Source: Octopus vulgaris
Lineage: Eukaryota
Length of the DNA: 64,000 bases
Direction of reading: 5' to 3'
Assembly (NCBI GenBank): GCA_951406725.2
Contig: OX597815.1
Coordinates: 20,026,001 to 20,090,000, forward strand
Below are positions 11,987-24,510 of the stretch, piece by piece. A program made the position numbers and the translations under genes. Within the stretch, counting starts at the first letter, position 1; each line of letters begins with the position of its first letter. The notes beneath the pieces are model-generated. The model ran no database searches. It saw only the letters and a list, made by a program, of their open reading frames with translations, and was not told the origin of the DNA.

Positions 11987-13176
11987 TATGTTTTACTTAT
12001 TTGAATATGTATTTTCTGAAGAAGACAATTCTAGACATCCTACTGAAACCCTTGCTGAAATACGTCAAAAGTTTCATTAGAGATGGTTTAAACATACTAG
12101 AATACCTACCAAAAACAATTAATGAAGAGGCAATATTGGTTACCCTCGATGTTATCAATCTTTACACCAACATCCCCCATGACTATGGAATAAAAGCAAT
12201 TAAATTCTTGTTGGAAAAGTACCCTGAATCACTCCCGGAACGCATAACTCAGATCTTTATTATTGAATCTTTAAAATTTATACTTCAGAATAATTATATC
12301 CTATTTGATAACCCAAACTATCGTCAGAACTGCGGAATCGCGATGCAAACGAAAGCAGCACCTGCTCTTGCGAACATAATAATGGGTTATTTTGAATTGA
12401 CCTTATATGAAGTATCACTTCAGAAATATGGTTACCCATTTTATCTCTACATAAGAGAAAATTGGAAAAGATACCTGGATGACTGTTTTATCATTTGGAA
12501 GGAGAACATCGACAAACTTTTGGATTTCAAATCAACACTAAATAAATAATAACATTCAATTCACAATGGAATATAACAAAGGACAACTCCATTTTTAGAC
12601 ATGATAAAAAAAAGTCAACAATCAAATCAGAACTGACATCTATTATAAACCAACTGATTCAAAACAATATCTCCTCTTTAACTCATGCCACCCGAATCTC
12701 ATCAAAATAAATATTCCTTACAATTTGGCAAAAAGGATTTGCACAAAAGTGTCTGATAGAACAACTCGGGATCTTCGTCTTCAAGACCTCAAAACAACGC
12801 TTACTGAAAGACAATATCCACCCTCACTTATCGACGAAGGAATTAAGCGTGCCAAACAATTAGACATAAAAACACTAAGAACAACAAAACATAACACCAC
12901 ACCTCATCTCAGAACATTACTATTTATATCAACACACAACCCCAGAAACAGTGAGGCATTCAACACTATTCTGCAAAATCTTCCTTTACTAACTAGAGAT
13001 TCAAAAATGAACAACATCCTGAAAACACACAAACTCATCAAAGAATAACAATAATAACGATATCCAATTACCTCCCCTTATTTTTCTACTTGTGAAATCA
13101 TTCACTTGTAAATATCATCACTCACAACATGGACAAAATTTCTTAAGAAAATACATATTCAAGTAAGTAAACCATA

Positions 13177-13211
13177 ATATCATGAATAGCGATAGCGAAA
13201 CCGGTCGATAT
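13177..13211 (+). ncRNA. Minimal hammerhead motif, A3:U8 core variant (right terminal repeat)
   Basis: atatc ATGAATA gc-gata-gc GAAAC cg GTC gatat; perfect 5-bp stem I, palindromic ACCGGT stem III, GUC triplet. Confidence 0.65.
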
Positions 13212-13611
13212 ATTAAAAATTATATTAAACCTATGTAAAGTGTATGTATTTTCCTTTTTTAATTTCTTATATATATTACAAATCACCACGTGGGGGTCAT
13301 CGTAATTCCTCCTTTCTGTTACTACTTATATATATATATATGTGTGTATGTGTGTGTGTGTGTGTGTGTGTGTCTGTGTCTCTGTGTGTGTGTCTGTGTA
13401 TATGTGTGTATATATATATATGTATATATGTATATATGTATGTACGTATGTATGTATTTATATTATAATAATGATATAATTATGACAAGGGATTGGCATT
13501 ATACCTCTTCTCTCGCTGAAAATAGACGCCAAATGACGCCAACACAACTTTATATATGTCAGTGTGTGTGTGTATGTGTGTGTGTGTATGTGTGTGTGTG
13601 TATGTGTGTGT

Positions 13612-13937
13612 GTACAAAGTGGACCAAAATTAGTTCCCCAACTTTATGTGTCCCAATTATATGCGTCTATTATTTCTGTAGTTTCTTGATGCATGCTGTT
13701 ATTATTTCATTATGTCAGTGATTATTTCAATATGTCATTGATTATTCGACATATGTCAAATTTTCAGACAGAATGTTGGCAGAAACCAGAGATTCCAGAT
13801 TTTTTGATCGACTCATTTTCTCTGATGAAGCGACCTTCCATGTTTCTGGTCATAACTGCTTCTATTATTTAGATGACCCTGGAGTGGTTTGGGAAAAGCA
13901 CATCAATTCACCTTCTCTTGTCATTTGGGCGGTGATG
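13612..13937 (+). mobile_element. Tc1/mariner-superfamily relic (left end plus DDE fragment)
   Basis: TA+CAAAGTGGACCAAAA terminus; ORF 13773: LIFSDEATFHVSGH...P...HINSPSLVIWA. Confidence 0.65.
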
Positions 13938-14090
13938 CATACATCTATACCTAGATATATGTATGTGTGTGTGTGTGTGTGTGTGTGCGTATACAAACAT
14001 ATATACACTCACATGCACGCATACACATTCAAGATATACACTTCTAGGTAATAATATATACATACAAGTGACAATATATGCATATATGTA

Positions 14091-14298
14091 AGGCGGTGAG
14101 CTGTTAGTACGTCGGACGAAATGCTTAGCGGTATTTCGTCTGTCTTTACGTTCTGAGTTCCAATTCCGCCGAAGTTAACTTTGCCTTTCATCCTTTCGGG
14201 GTCGATAAATTAAGTACCAGTTGCGTAGTGACGTCGATCTAATCGTCTGGCCCTACTCTTTAAAAATTTCGGGCCTTGTGCATAGAGTAGAAAAGAAT
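14091..14298 (+). mobile_element. SINE family A, tail-2 variant
   Basis: Family A head and core, ending TTTCGGGCCTTGTGCATAGAGTAGAAAAGAAT. Confidence 0.8.
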
Positions 14299-14559
14299 AT
14301 AAATTATATAATCAAACTGCATTGTCAAATCTTCAGAGAAGAGTGACATTCATTCGTAACGTTACTGGATTAGTGACAATGTTGCCGTCATACGTGTGTG
14401 GGGGCGGGTGTGGGAGTGTGTGTACTAAGGAAAGGAAGAGCACTCGACATATAAAATGATGGTTTAAATATTTGCATTACCAATTTGACTGAGACTTGCC
14501 TGAGTAAAAGCTTCAAAGACACAAAATTCATCTGATCAGCGTATTTTGTGTGCGTACAC

Positions 14560-14636
<77 letters not shown>

Positions 14637-14779
14637 CGTACGTGCGTGCGTGCGTGCGTGCGTGTGTGTGTGTTAATAGGATCCACTTCAACCGAGTTAT
14701 ATTTAGAAGCTGGATTGTCAGAACCAGCATAAGAATCTCTAAATTATCCTCGGAGCAAAGATATTTCTGAGAGAGCTAA

Positions 14780-15830
14780 ATCCCACTACAACTAAGCGTT
14801 ACCGAAATCAATCTCGAAGACATCCAGAATTGATTGGGTGCAGTTAGATGTATGGCAAATGCCAAAACGTTGTTTACATGGAGTTTTGCTTTATAATGTG
14901 CGGGGCACTTGTCTAAAATAAGCACAACTTTACAGTTGAGGGTTTAGAACAACAGACTTACAATGAGCTCTTAAAATAATTTCCAAATCAATACAATGCA
15001 ATGTCTTTGTTATCCAAACTCTTATGTTGACAGGATATTTTCACAAGGCGGCGAGCTGGCAGAAACGTTAACACGCCGGGCGAAATGTTTAGCGGTATTT
15101 CGTCTGCCGCTGTGTTCTGAGTTCAAATTCCGCCGAGGTCGACTTTGCCTTTCATCCTCTCGGGTTCGATAAATTAAGTACCAGTTACGCACTAGGGTTG
15201 ATGTAATCGACTTAATCCGTTTGTCTGTCCTTGTTTGTCCCCTCTGTGTTTAACCCCTTGTGGGTAGTAAATAAATAGGTATTTCGTCTGCCGCTACGTT
15301 CTGAGTTCAAATTCCGCCGAGGTCGACTTTGCCTTTCATCCTTTCGGGATCGATAAATTAAGTACCAGTTACGCACGGGTTCGATAAATTAAGTACCAGT
15401 TATGCACTAGGGTTGATGTAATCGACTTAATCCGTTTGTCTGTCCTTGTTTGTCCTCTCTGTGTTTAGCCCCTTGTAGGTAGTAAAGAAATAGGATATTT
15501 TCACAGGTAACTGAGCCATATTTTCAAATGCCCGAATCATGAATCCTTATCGATGGCCAGCAACTTGTGCCTCTGTGTTCTTTTGGTATTAGAACAATCC
15601 TGCACAGGGACATCATATTTGACGCTTCATAGCCTTTTAATTGTGAGCGTTCTTCGTGACGTACATTTCCAAATCACTGCTGTCTCAGCCTCATTGTAAA
15701 CCTACTCAAGACTTAAAATTTCATCTTTTCTATATGATTCTACTGTGCAAACTCTTCGACAAATTTAGCAGCTGCTTCCTTGTCTACAGAACGTTTTTCA
15801 CCACACATTGTAGGACTAATTGATTATGAA
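14780..15830 (-). mobile_element. Degenerate Tigger/pogo DDE transposase relic, interrupted by a SINE A array
   Basis: Minus-strand peptides CGEKRSVDKEAAAKFVEEF, VYNEAETAVIWKCTSRRTL, HKLLAIDK, KVVLILDKCPAH. Confidence 0.7.
15047..15491 (+). mobile_element. SINE A tandem array (about 2 units plus short internal duplication) with 14-bp TSD
   Basis: TSD AGGATATTTTCACA at 15032-15045 and 15492-15505. Confidence 0.9.
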
Positions 15831-16347
15831 TTTTTTTGCCGAGTTCCTTCCATATCTTCAGACAACTCAACACCTTCATTTATACGTATTAGAATTTCAT
15901 TAGAATATGATCTAATTTTAAACTTTTTCCATCTTTTACTGTTTTCCTTTTATACATCTGTTTATTTGAATTACTGTTGGCAAAAGAAAAGAATTATATG
16001 TTTCTTAATGTAATAAACTGTGAAAAAGCCCATACTGCATAATTCACACAGACGTTTTGCAGACATACTGCTGGCAAGTTTTTAAAAAAATTCAACCTAA
16101 TCTTTAATGAACTATGTCTGATATTTACGCTTTACAAAACGAGATGCATTTTCTTTATTCGTTAGAACTATGGCTGGGACTGAAAGGGAACTGGTTATAA
16201 TATTAAAGAACAAAAACAAATCGAAATACCTTGCCTGTACTTGTGAGTAATGTCGGTATGTGTTTATGTATCAAACTTTAGCAGCAGATTGATTCGGCCA
16301 CTCGGGAAATTTTAGATTAGAAGTAGGTCGGCTGAAATTTGTGCCGA

Positions 16348-16422
16348 ATTAGTGATGGAACAGGATTAGTGGTTACTAGATTAGTGATGGAACAAGATTA
16401 GTGATTACTAGATTAGTGATGG
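16348..16422. repeat. 32-bp tandem repeat, about 2.3 copies
   Basis: ATTAGTGATGGAACA(G/A)GATTAGTG(G/A)TTACTAG repeated. Confidence 0.8.
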
Positions 16423-17091
16423 ACAACCCGAACATGTATAGTCTAGTCCGGGTTACACCATGTCTGCAAAAAATAATTGCAAATGGATTGCGTATGATCA
16501 TAGATTTAATCATTCGGGATAAATTTGGAGTTGCGTGGTACAAAAAAACAAAAATAAGAATAACACTTTGAGAAATGTACTCCATGGTATACAAAAAACG
16601 AGGTGGTCACGTCTGAAAAGCTTTTGATCATTTTTCTCAAAGTCGCATCATCATCATCATCATCAACAACAACAACTAAAAAGAAATCGTTGGAGACGTA
16701 ATTTACCAAACATAGCAGAATAGACAGAGATGGGAAGTTAAGAGTCTGAAATATTTCTCCTTAAGTACTAATAATTACTCTCATCATAGAAATTTAGAAT
16801 GATATTCACTGAAAGCTATTTCTAACAATATCTTCAAAATAAATGTCGATTTTGTGTCGCTATTCTTAGTAAAGAATCTGATAAAGAGTTCATGTGTTTC
16901 GTATTCTGTCATTGCTTCTACATAGTATTCTTAAGCAGCATGCTTAACCCCTTACCTCTTGGAAGCTACGTACAGTTTAATAGGTGATGAGTACATCTTA
17001 CTGCAGTAAATACTCGGAGTACTACACTGTATAATTTACCAGCACTTTGTCATCTCTCAAGCATTAAGTTAGATTTTAAGTAATGAACAGA

Positions 17092-17345
17092 ATTCTGTTG
17101 TGTCTGGGGAGAATCATTTTCTTTTTGTGCTTTATAATGTAACACACTCACCAGTAAAATTTCCACTTTTTTCTTATTTTTATTTTCCTAAAATTTTCGT
17201 TGCGTCTTGCAACCTTTTCAATAGTTTCACATTATAAGGCACAAAAAGAAAATGACTCTCCCCAGACACAACAGAATATACTTCAACACACGAACTCATA
17301 TAAAGAATCTTGTAAACCAAATCCCAAAACGAAATGAAAAGAATG
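17092..17345. mobile_element. PLE-type terminal-repeat relic with 49-bp inverted arms; a rearranged second copy lies at 57321-57514
   Basis: 17092-17140 is the reverse complement of 17229-17277; the same segments recur at 57321-57514. Confidence 0.7.
17188..17224 (-). ncRNA. Minimal hammerhead motif, U3:A8 core variant
   Basis: Minus strand cta TTGAAAA g gttgc-aagac-gcaac GAAA a TTT tag. Confidence 0.55.
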
Positions 17346-17457
17346 TTATTGCCAAATGGATTATTTTAAGATTTCTATAGATGCTTCCTGTGTTACTCCT
17401 GAAACCATCTTTAACTCGGGTAGCAAGAGGGGAGATGACTCGATTCATTGAAAATCT

Positions 17458-17626
17458 GTGTGTGGTAAATTCAAGAGTGTGGTAAACCCGGGTGTGCGAT
17501 AAACTGAGGTATATGATAAACCCAGGTATGTAGCAAATTTAAGTGTGTGATAAGCTCACGGGTGTGATAAACTCAGGTATGTGATAAACTCATGTATGTG
17601 GTAAATTCAGGTGTGTAGTAAACTTA
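17458..17626. repeat. 17-bp minisatellite, about 10 diverged units
   Basis: Consensus close to GTGTGTGATAAACTCAG. Confidence 0.8.
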
Positions 17627-17867
17627 AAGGAACGACACAAATAAAGCATTGTGTGAGTAATCTAATACATGGAGGGGAGGAGGCCTCTATGCAGTCTTTC
17701 TGGTTTCAAGAATTAGCACCCAAATTCCCTTCGATTCCATCCTCCAGTCTGTCTTAAGTAAAAAAAAAATACCATACTGAGAAATGTAGTCCTATAAAAA
17801 GACGGGATGGTTACGACTGGCATACCTTGGATCAAAGGTCTGCTTAGTTTGAGCTGATCTACTATTA

Positions 17868-18070
17868 TTTTTTTCTACTCTAGGCACACGGCCCGACATT
17901 GTGGGGGAGGGGGCCAGTCGAACCCTGTACGCAACTGATACCTAATTTATCGACCCCGAAAGGATGAAAAGCAAAGTCGACCTAGGCGGAATTTGAACTC
18001 AGAACGTAAAGATAGACGAAATACAGCTAAGCATTTAGCCCGGTGTGCTAATGTTTCTACCAACTCGCCT
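17868..18070 (-). mobile_element. SINE family A, tail-2 variant
   Basis: Reverse complement of family A head, core and tail 2. Confidence 0.75.
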
Positions 18071-18560
18071 TACTAAACTACTATCATTACTACAACTACT
18101 ACTGCTGTTACCGCTACTATTAATACTAGCATCACCACTACCACCACCTCTACCACTAACATTGCTCCTATGTCATCACCACTGCTACTACTATTATAGC
18201 CACCACCAATATTACTATTATTAGTACCACTACCATCATTAACATCACCTGTACCACCACCACCACTGATACTACAGCTACTATCGCCACCACCACCACC
18301 ATCATCATCACCGCACCACCACGACGATAACATAAAATATCAGTCAAATCCTTTCCCCAAAATTTGAGTCCTTGCGCCTATGTTAGAAATCAATATTTTG
18401 TTACGTCTTTTGATAATCGGTGTTCAAATATTGATGGTATCGATTAGATAAATATGTATTAATTTGTTGTTCTTTAGCCCCAGGCCAATCATAATCGAGC
18501 AGAGGACTTATGATCAGAAGGGTTAATAGGGAATGTAACTATTTTCTTGATTTCAATATC

Positions 18561-18790
18561 CTATTTCTTTACTACCCACAAGGGGCTAAACACAGAGGGG
18601 ACAAACAAGGACAGACAAACGAATTAAATCGATTATATCGACCCCAATGAGTAACTGGTACTTAATTTATTGACCCCGGTGGGATGAAAGGCAAAGTCGA
18701 CCTCGGCGGAATTTGAACTCAGAACATAACGGCAGACGAAATACCGCTAAGCATCTCGCCCGGCGTGCTAACGATTCTACCAGCTCGCCC
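18561..18790 (-). mobile_element. SINE family A, tail-1 monomer
   Basis: Nearly full-length; short flanking duplication CAATATCC. Confidence 0.85.
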
Positions 18791-20073
18791 AATATCCAAT
18801 TTGTGTAAAATACACGCAGCACTCGATGACCGGAAAAGTATTAGGAGAATAAGGTTGCAGATTTGTTTGGAAGTTGGGGAAGATAAAAGATAAAATCTTA
18901 CCTCTTGCCAGACGTGAAGTAGCTAATACTATATTATCTCCCCTTTTAAAGATACCGGGGAGAGGTTACACGGAGACTTGGATTCTATTTCTTACGTAAC
19001 AAGCAGCCAAGTAGAGACTTCGTTATTGGTTCATATACCAGTTCTAATTTCGAATCACTCATTTATATCTTTTCGTTAAAACTTTCAGGTTTAAATCAAA
19101 AGCTTGGTATTGTCCGAGATCGTTATGGTGTCGAAACGAAATGCCTAGCGGTACTTAGTTACACCTTTTACGGCATGGATTCAAATCCCACCAAGACCCA
19201 GATCTGCTTTTCAATCTTACAAGGGTCGATGAAATAAAACAGCAGTCAAGTACTGGTTCGATATAATCGATTACATCTTTGCGTTTATGTTAGAAATTAA
19301 TATTTGCTAACAATATTATCTGATTAACGAAAATATAATCCATCTAAACTGGATTTGAACTTCGAACTAAAATGCATCCGGCTTGATACTGCAAACTACC
19401 TATTAGACGTACGAAATATGAAATTAATGTGGTTGCTCAACTTGTTAAGAAAAGCAGCTAAATTTCCCGAAAATTACATCTTATCGCTTGAAATAGGAAA
19501 GGACATATCAGTAAATCGACTGAATCCTCTTCCAAAACTTCTTGCCTACAGGAGGTTATCTACATGGTCGCTCAGTCTCCAAGAAATACCAACCAAATCT
19601 CCCTTAAATTACAACTACATTCTGTAAAAAAAGTTACATTGACTTGCGTTGTCCAAGATACAATAGGCGCAAGAATTGCTGTGTGATTAAGATGTTCACT
19701 TGGCAAGCGGACGACCTCGTACCATCAGCACTCAGAAAAACTCACTTTATTCCTTACTACTCTCGTCACTCCATGTTCTGGCCTAAGCACTGCGTCCAAT
19801 CCTTCCTCATTAAAATGTTGTCTCTAGAATTCCTTCCCTGTCAGTGGTTACTTCTAAAAATGAAACACAAAACAATTATAGGAGAGCATAGCTGCATGTC
19901 TTTGGCCAATGGTATATACCCTCACAGATGACCTGGAACTAATCACCAAAAATTAATCTAGTTGGATATATTCTTTTATCTCCCCCAACTTCCAAGCCAA
20001 TCTTCAACCTTATTCTCCTAATACTTTTCCGGTCATCGGGTTCTGCGTATATTTTTAACACAAATTGAATATT

Positions 20074-20495
20074 GGGCGAGCTGGCAGAATCGTTAGCACG
20101 CCGAGCGAGATGTTTAGCGGTATTTCGTCTGCCGTTACGTTCTGAGTTCAAATTCCGCTGAGGTTAACTTTGCCTTTCATCCTTTCGGGGTCGATAAATT
20201 AAGTACCAATTATGCACTGGGGTCGATGTAATCGACTTAATCCGTTTGTCTGTCCTTGTTTTTCCCCTCTGTGTTTAGCTCCTTGTAGGTAATAAAGAAA
20301 TAAGAAACGTTAGCACGCCAGCCGAAATGCTTAGCGGTATTCCATCTGTCTTTACGTTCTGAGTTCAAATTCTGCCGAGGTCAACTTTGCCTTTTGGGGT
20401 CGATAAATTAAGTGCCAGTTGCGTAATGGAGTCCATCTAATCGACTGGCCCACACCTCCAAACTTTCGGTTCTTGTACGTAGAGTAGAAAAGAAT
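20074..20495 (+). mobile_element. SINE A tail-1 unit fused to a tail-2 unit; more degenerate copies follow to about 20940
   Basis: Junction AAAGAAATA-AGAAACGTTAG at about 20302. Confidence 0.8.
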
Positions 20496-22716
20496 ATTTG
20501 GACCACTAATGGTGGCGAGCTAGCAGAATCGTTAGCACACGAAGCAAAATGCTTGGCGGCATTTTGTCCGTCTTTACGTTATGAGCTCAAAGGTCAAATT
20601 AGCATTTAATCCTTTCGAAGTCGATAAAAGAAGTATCAGTCGGTAGAAGTGTTGATGAAATCGAATTACTCCCTCCCTCAAAATTGTTCGTTTGTGCCAA
20701 AATTTGAAACCAATAGGCGAAGAGCTGGCAGAATCGTTAGAGCCTCGTAAAAAAACGTTCTGTGATATTTCTACTGATTCTCATTCATTACGTTCAGAGT
20801 TCAGATTCCACTGTGGTAGACTTTTCTTTTCATCCTTTAAGAGGTTGATAAAACTAAGTACCAGTCAAGTACTGGGTTCGATGTAATCGTTTTGGCTCCT
20901 TACTTCAAAATTGCTAGCCGTGTATCAAAATCAGAAAATATTTAGACTATTAACTCATTTTAGTTATTCTCTTTAGCTCAATTTAATATTTATAATTATT
21001 TCAGCTTTTAAATTGCATCCTAAATATTTAGAGGCTGTTAGGTTTATTTTACTCTAAATCCAAAGGATGCATGATGTTATTATCGATGGTTACATGAAAA
21101 CCATTACCAACATACTCCAACCAACCTTTGACTTACGGGCGTGCTGCCACTTCTCCGAGGAACTGGATGGTTTTGTGTCACCTACACTCAGATACGTGTC
21201 TCCAATCCTTTTAGTGCCCCATATCGTATCCATCACCCATATATTCCTTGTAATTCCTCCCCGAGCTCTTTTCTCCTCTAAAAATCCAACCCGGTCATTG
21301 TGTTTTCTGCAGCCAGCCACTTGTAACTTTTCGAGTGGAACATTAATCACTTTGATTCCAGTTATCTCAGATGGTCTATAAAAGCCATAGGAACAGCTCC
21401 TTCCACTAAAATGACCAATTAGCCATAAGATAAAATACATTAAATACTGAATCGTTGCTGTTGCTATTGTTAATTTTTATGTTGGTTAATGCGGGGATTT
21501 TCCAGTTGCTGTTGATAATCTTGTTTATCTTCTTTCTGTTTAATCACCAGTTAAACTTGATCCAACAAACTTTTGATGAACGCCGTTCTAACCGTGAGTA
21601 AGCCATCTTTATAAATATATGCAGTACGATCTCCGATAAGTCATACAATAAGTTGTCTTCTACCAGAAACTACCAGAGTATGAGAACACGAAATAGTGTT
21701 GAAACCCATCATATATAAATCTATATAGATAATTATCAAATCGATAGTGTAACACATGTTCCTCCATATAAATAATTTCAATAAGTTTCGTCTTTGTCGT
21801 GCGGCAAAATATAACATCCTATTACAGTATTTTGCAATTTTGAACGAAAGAACTGGTGAATTGTTTGTGACACAACTATCAATATTTATTGAGCAAACTC
21901 AAGCTATCAACATTCAGAAATAATCAACTTTCCGTATTTTGGAGTTGCTATATGTTAAAAGATGATTGGATATTAAAAAGTACCAAGTTATTTGTCAACA
22001 CTAAACCCTCATTAAAAACAGTTTTCTAACAGTCTCCTTTACAGATATGCTTGTATGAACCCAAATAATAACAACCCCCCTCCTCAAACAGGAAAGACTG
22101 TCCCCATATTCCTTTTGCCATTCTCTGACCTTTTTTGTGTTTTTTTGCCTAATCCATACTTAATTTCATTATAAGCTTATATAGGCATTACCTAGTGGGG
22201 CGGCAAGTTTAAGGGCTACACACACTCTAGCAACGCCACTGTCCTCCACAATCTGTTTTAACCACGAAGACATGTCTAAAACATATACATTGTGCTTCAG
22301 AAAACAATTCAAATTTTGAACGAAGTATGCAAGTTAAAAAACACGTATTAATAGTATCAAATTATAGGGAAGAATAAAAGGTGCGTAAGAAGGAGACACA
22401 GAAGTCAATATTTGATATTATTCTATAAAAATAAAAAAGCCTAACGGAACGAGAATTGCCATATCATTTTGCTCATTTCATAAACTAAAGGATGTATATT
22501 CTTTTATTGGCTTACACATAAATTTATTGCAACCATGTTTTATATATAAAGAGAGTATTTTCAATAAGCAAAATAACTTATCTATCTAAAAAGAACAAAA
22601 ACGTGGTTTCTAATTACGAAGAACAGACTTTTAATTTCGTTACTCGAGGAACTGATGTGCATGCTTGGATATGTGTGCGTGTATATGCATGTATGTGTGT
22701 ACATGCATATTTATAG

Positions 22717-22839
<123 letters not shown>

Positions 22840-22959
22840 ATCTAGAATCCAAAATCCATAAATTAAAAAAAAAGAGACACTCGTTTTTAATATCATAGTC
22901 CAATACACTGGGTATATAAAATGTTTATAGTATATAGTATTATACAGCCATCTCGGCCG

Positions 22960-23031
22960 TTCTCACCAATAGGTTTCGCACACAAATTAGGTAATTAAAT
23001 GATTACCTGTAACTGCACTCGTCAGAATGAG
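22960..23031 (-). ncRNA. Degenerate hammerhead-like motif
   Basis: Minus strand CTGACGA gtgca...tgtgc GAAAC ctattg GTG; non-permissive G17 and poor stem I. Confidence 0.35.
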
Positions 23032-23207
23032 TGGTGTGGAAAAGAGAACCGTTGACATGCTTCTCATCCCAGCCACTCTGACAGCTGCAGTCTAAAGTAA
23101 CCACCTAATTACCGAATTCGTGTGGTAAGATTGTCTGAAATGGATCGATAACATTGTATTTTGTATAGATTAAATTACATGCATACATGCATACATGCAT
23201 ATATATA

Positions 23208-24510
23208 CTAGCAGAATTGCCCGGCGATGCTCGGGGCTGAATTGCTTGAAAGTACTGTTAATGATTGCACTGAATTATGATGATTATTCAGGCAAATATT
23301 GACATAAGTTTACGGTGGGAGATAAGGACTTAACGATTAAACGTGTGCCATTGCATTGTTTTGGGGGAACCAAATTTCTAATGAGCATTATAGGGGCACC
23401 AACTTTAAGTTTGAGAATGTGTGGTGGTAGTCCGGAAGGCTCAAAGGAATTGAGTACCTCTATTGGATAGTTGATGACGTCCTCTGGGTCAGGAGTTGTA
23501 TCGATAGACTTATATACATAGACATCCCCAGGAATGAGTTTTAGCATTTCATCATTAATATGGTGAACAGTTTTATTCCTCGGGGCCAGAATAGCCCTTT
23601 GGCCAATCCAATCCATATTCTGATAATTAGCTTGTAGATCTGGGAACACTGCATCTCTGAGATAGATTAAAAGGCGTTTTAACAATGGTACAAATGGAAT
23701 CGATGGCAATATTACCATTTTCATCCCCTGGTATTTTGCCTTCGCCAAGTGCAAGGAGGGTGTGAGAAAATGCTGCTGATGTGATATTACGTCGCATATG
23801 AGCACGCATATTGGTGTGAAGTTTGAGAGTCTTCACCAGTGGACACAATGTGGATGACTTAAGACACGCACTTACTGCATCAGTTCTAGTCCCTTTGGAA
23901 ATAACGGGAAGTGTTTGTCGGAAGTCCCCTGAAAGAAGAAGTGTTATGCCTCCCATGGGAGCTGAAGAGTGTTTGATGTCTCTGAGAGATCTATCTAGTG
24001 CCTTAAGAGCACCTCTGTGGGCCATCGTGCATTCATCCCAAACGATAAGCTTGCATCGTCTGAAGACTTCTGCCTGATCGGAGCTGTTACTGATGTTGCG
24101 AGTTGGTTTCTCAGTCTTCGCTAAGTCAAGCGGAAGCTTGAAAGTGGAGTGAGCAGTCCTGCCGCCTGGCAACAAAGTAGCCGCAATTCCAGATGATTCC
24201 ACAGCTAGGGCAATGCCTTGTGTTCGCCTAATCTCAGCCAATATTAATTTGTTGAGAAAAGTTTTCCCAGTGCCCCCAGGAGCGTCCAGGAAAAATATCC
24301 CCACAGCTTTGGCCCGGACTGAATTAACAACGGAGTTGTAAGCGAACTTCTGTTCTGGAAGGAGCTTTGGCTCATTGTCGGCTATGTACTCGGCAAGCTC
24401 TTCAACATTAAAACATGTCTCACGCAGCAAATGTGAAGACAGAGTGTTTGTGCCTTCCCGGTTTGTTGAAGGTAGGCCATAGACCGGCAAGGCACTACCG
24501 CCCATATCAT
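23208..24510 (-). mobile_element. Helitron fragment: PIF1-family helicase region (one frameshift) plus intact 3' terminus
   Basis: ORFs 23627-24505 and 23284-23805: APGGTGKT, SSGIAATLLPGGRTAHS, WDECTM, GDFRQTLPV, AILAPRN, CNGTRL; 3' hairpin CCCGAGCATCGCCGGG plus CTAG at 23208-23211. Confidence 0.92.

Larger units (their letters stand above)
11895..13268 (+). mobile_element. Penelope-like retroelement: RT region with frameshifts, no GIY-YIG seen, bounded by 123-bp inverted terminal repeats in (TA)n
   Basis: ORFs 11980-12549 and 12725-13048: DVINLYTNIPH, YRQNCGIAMQTKAAPALANIIMG, WKRYLDDCFIIW, YKPTDSKQYLLFNSCHP; arms 11895-12017 and 13146-13268. Confidence 0.9.
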
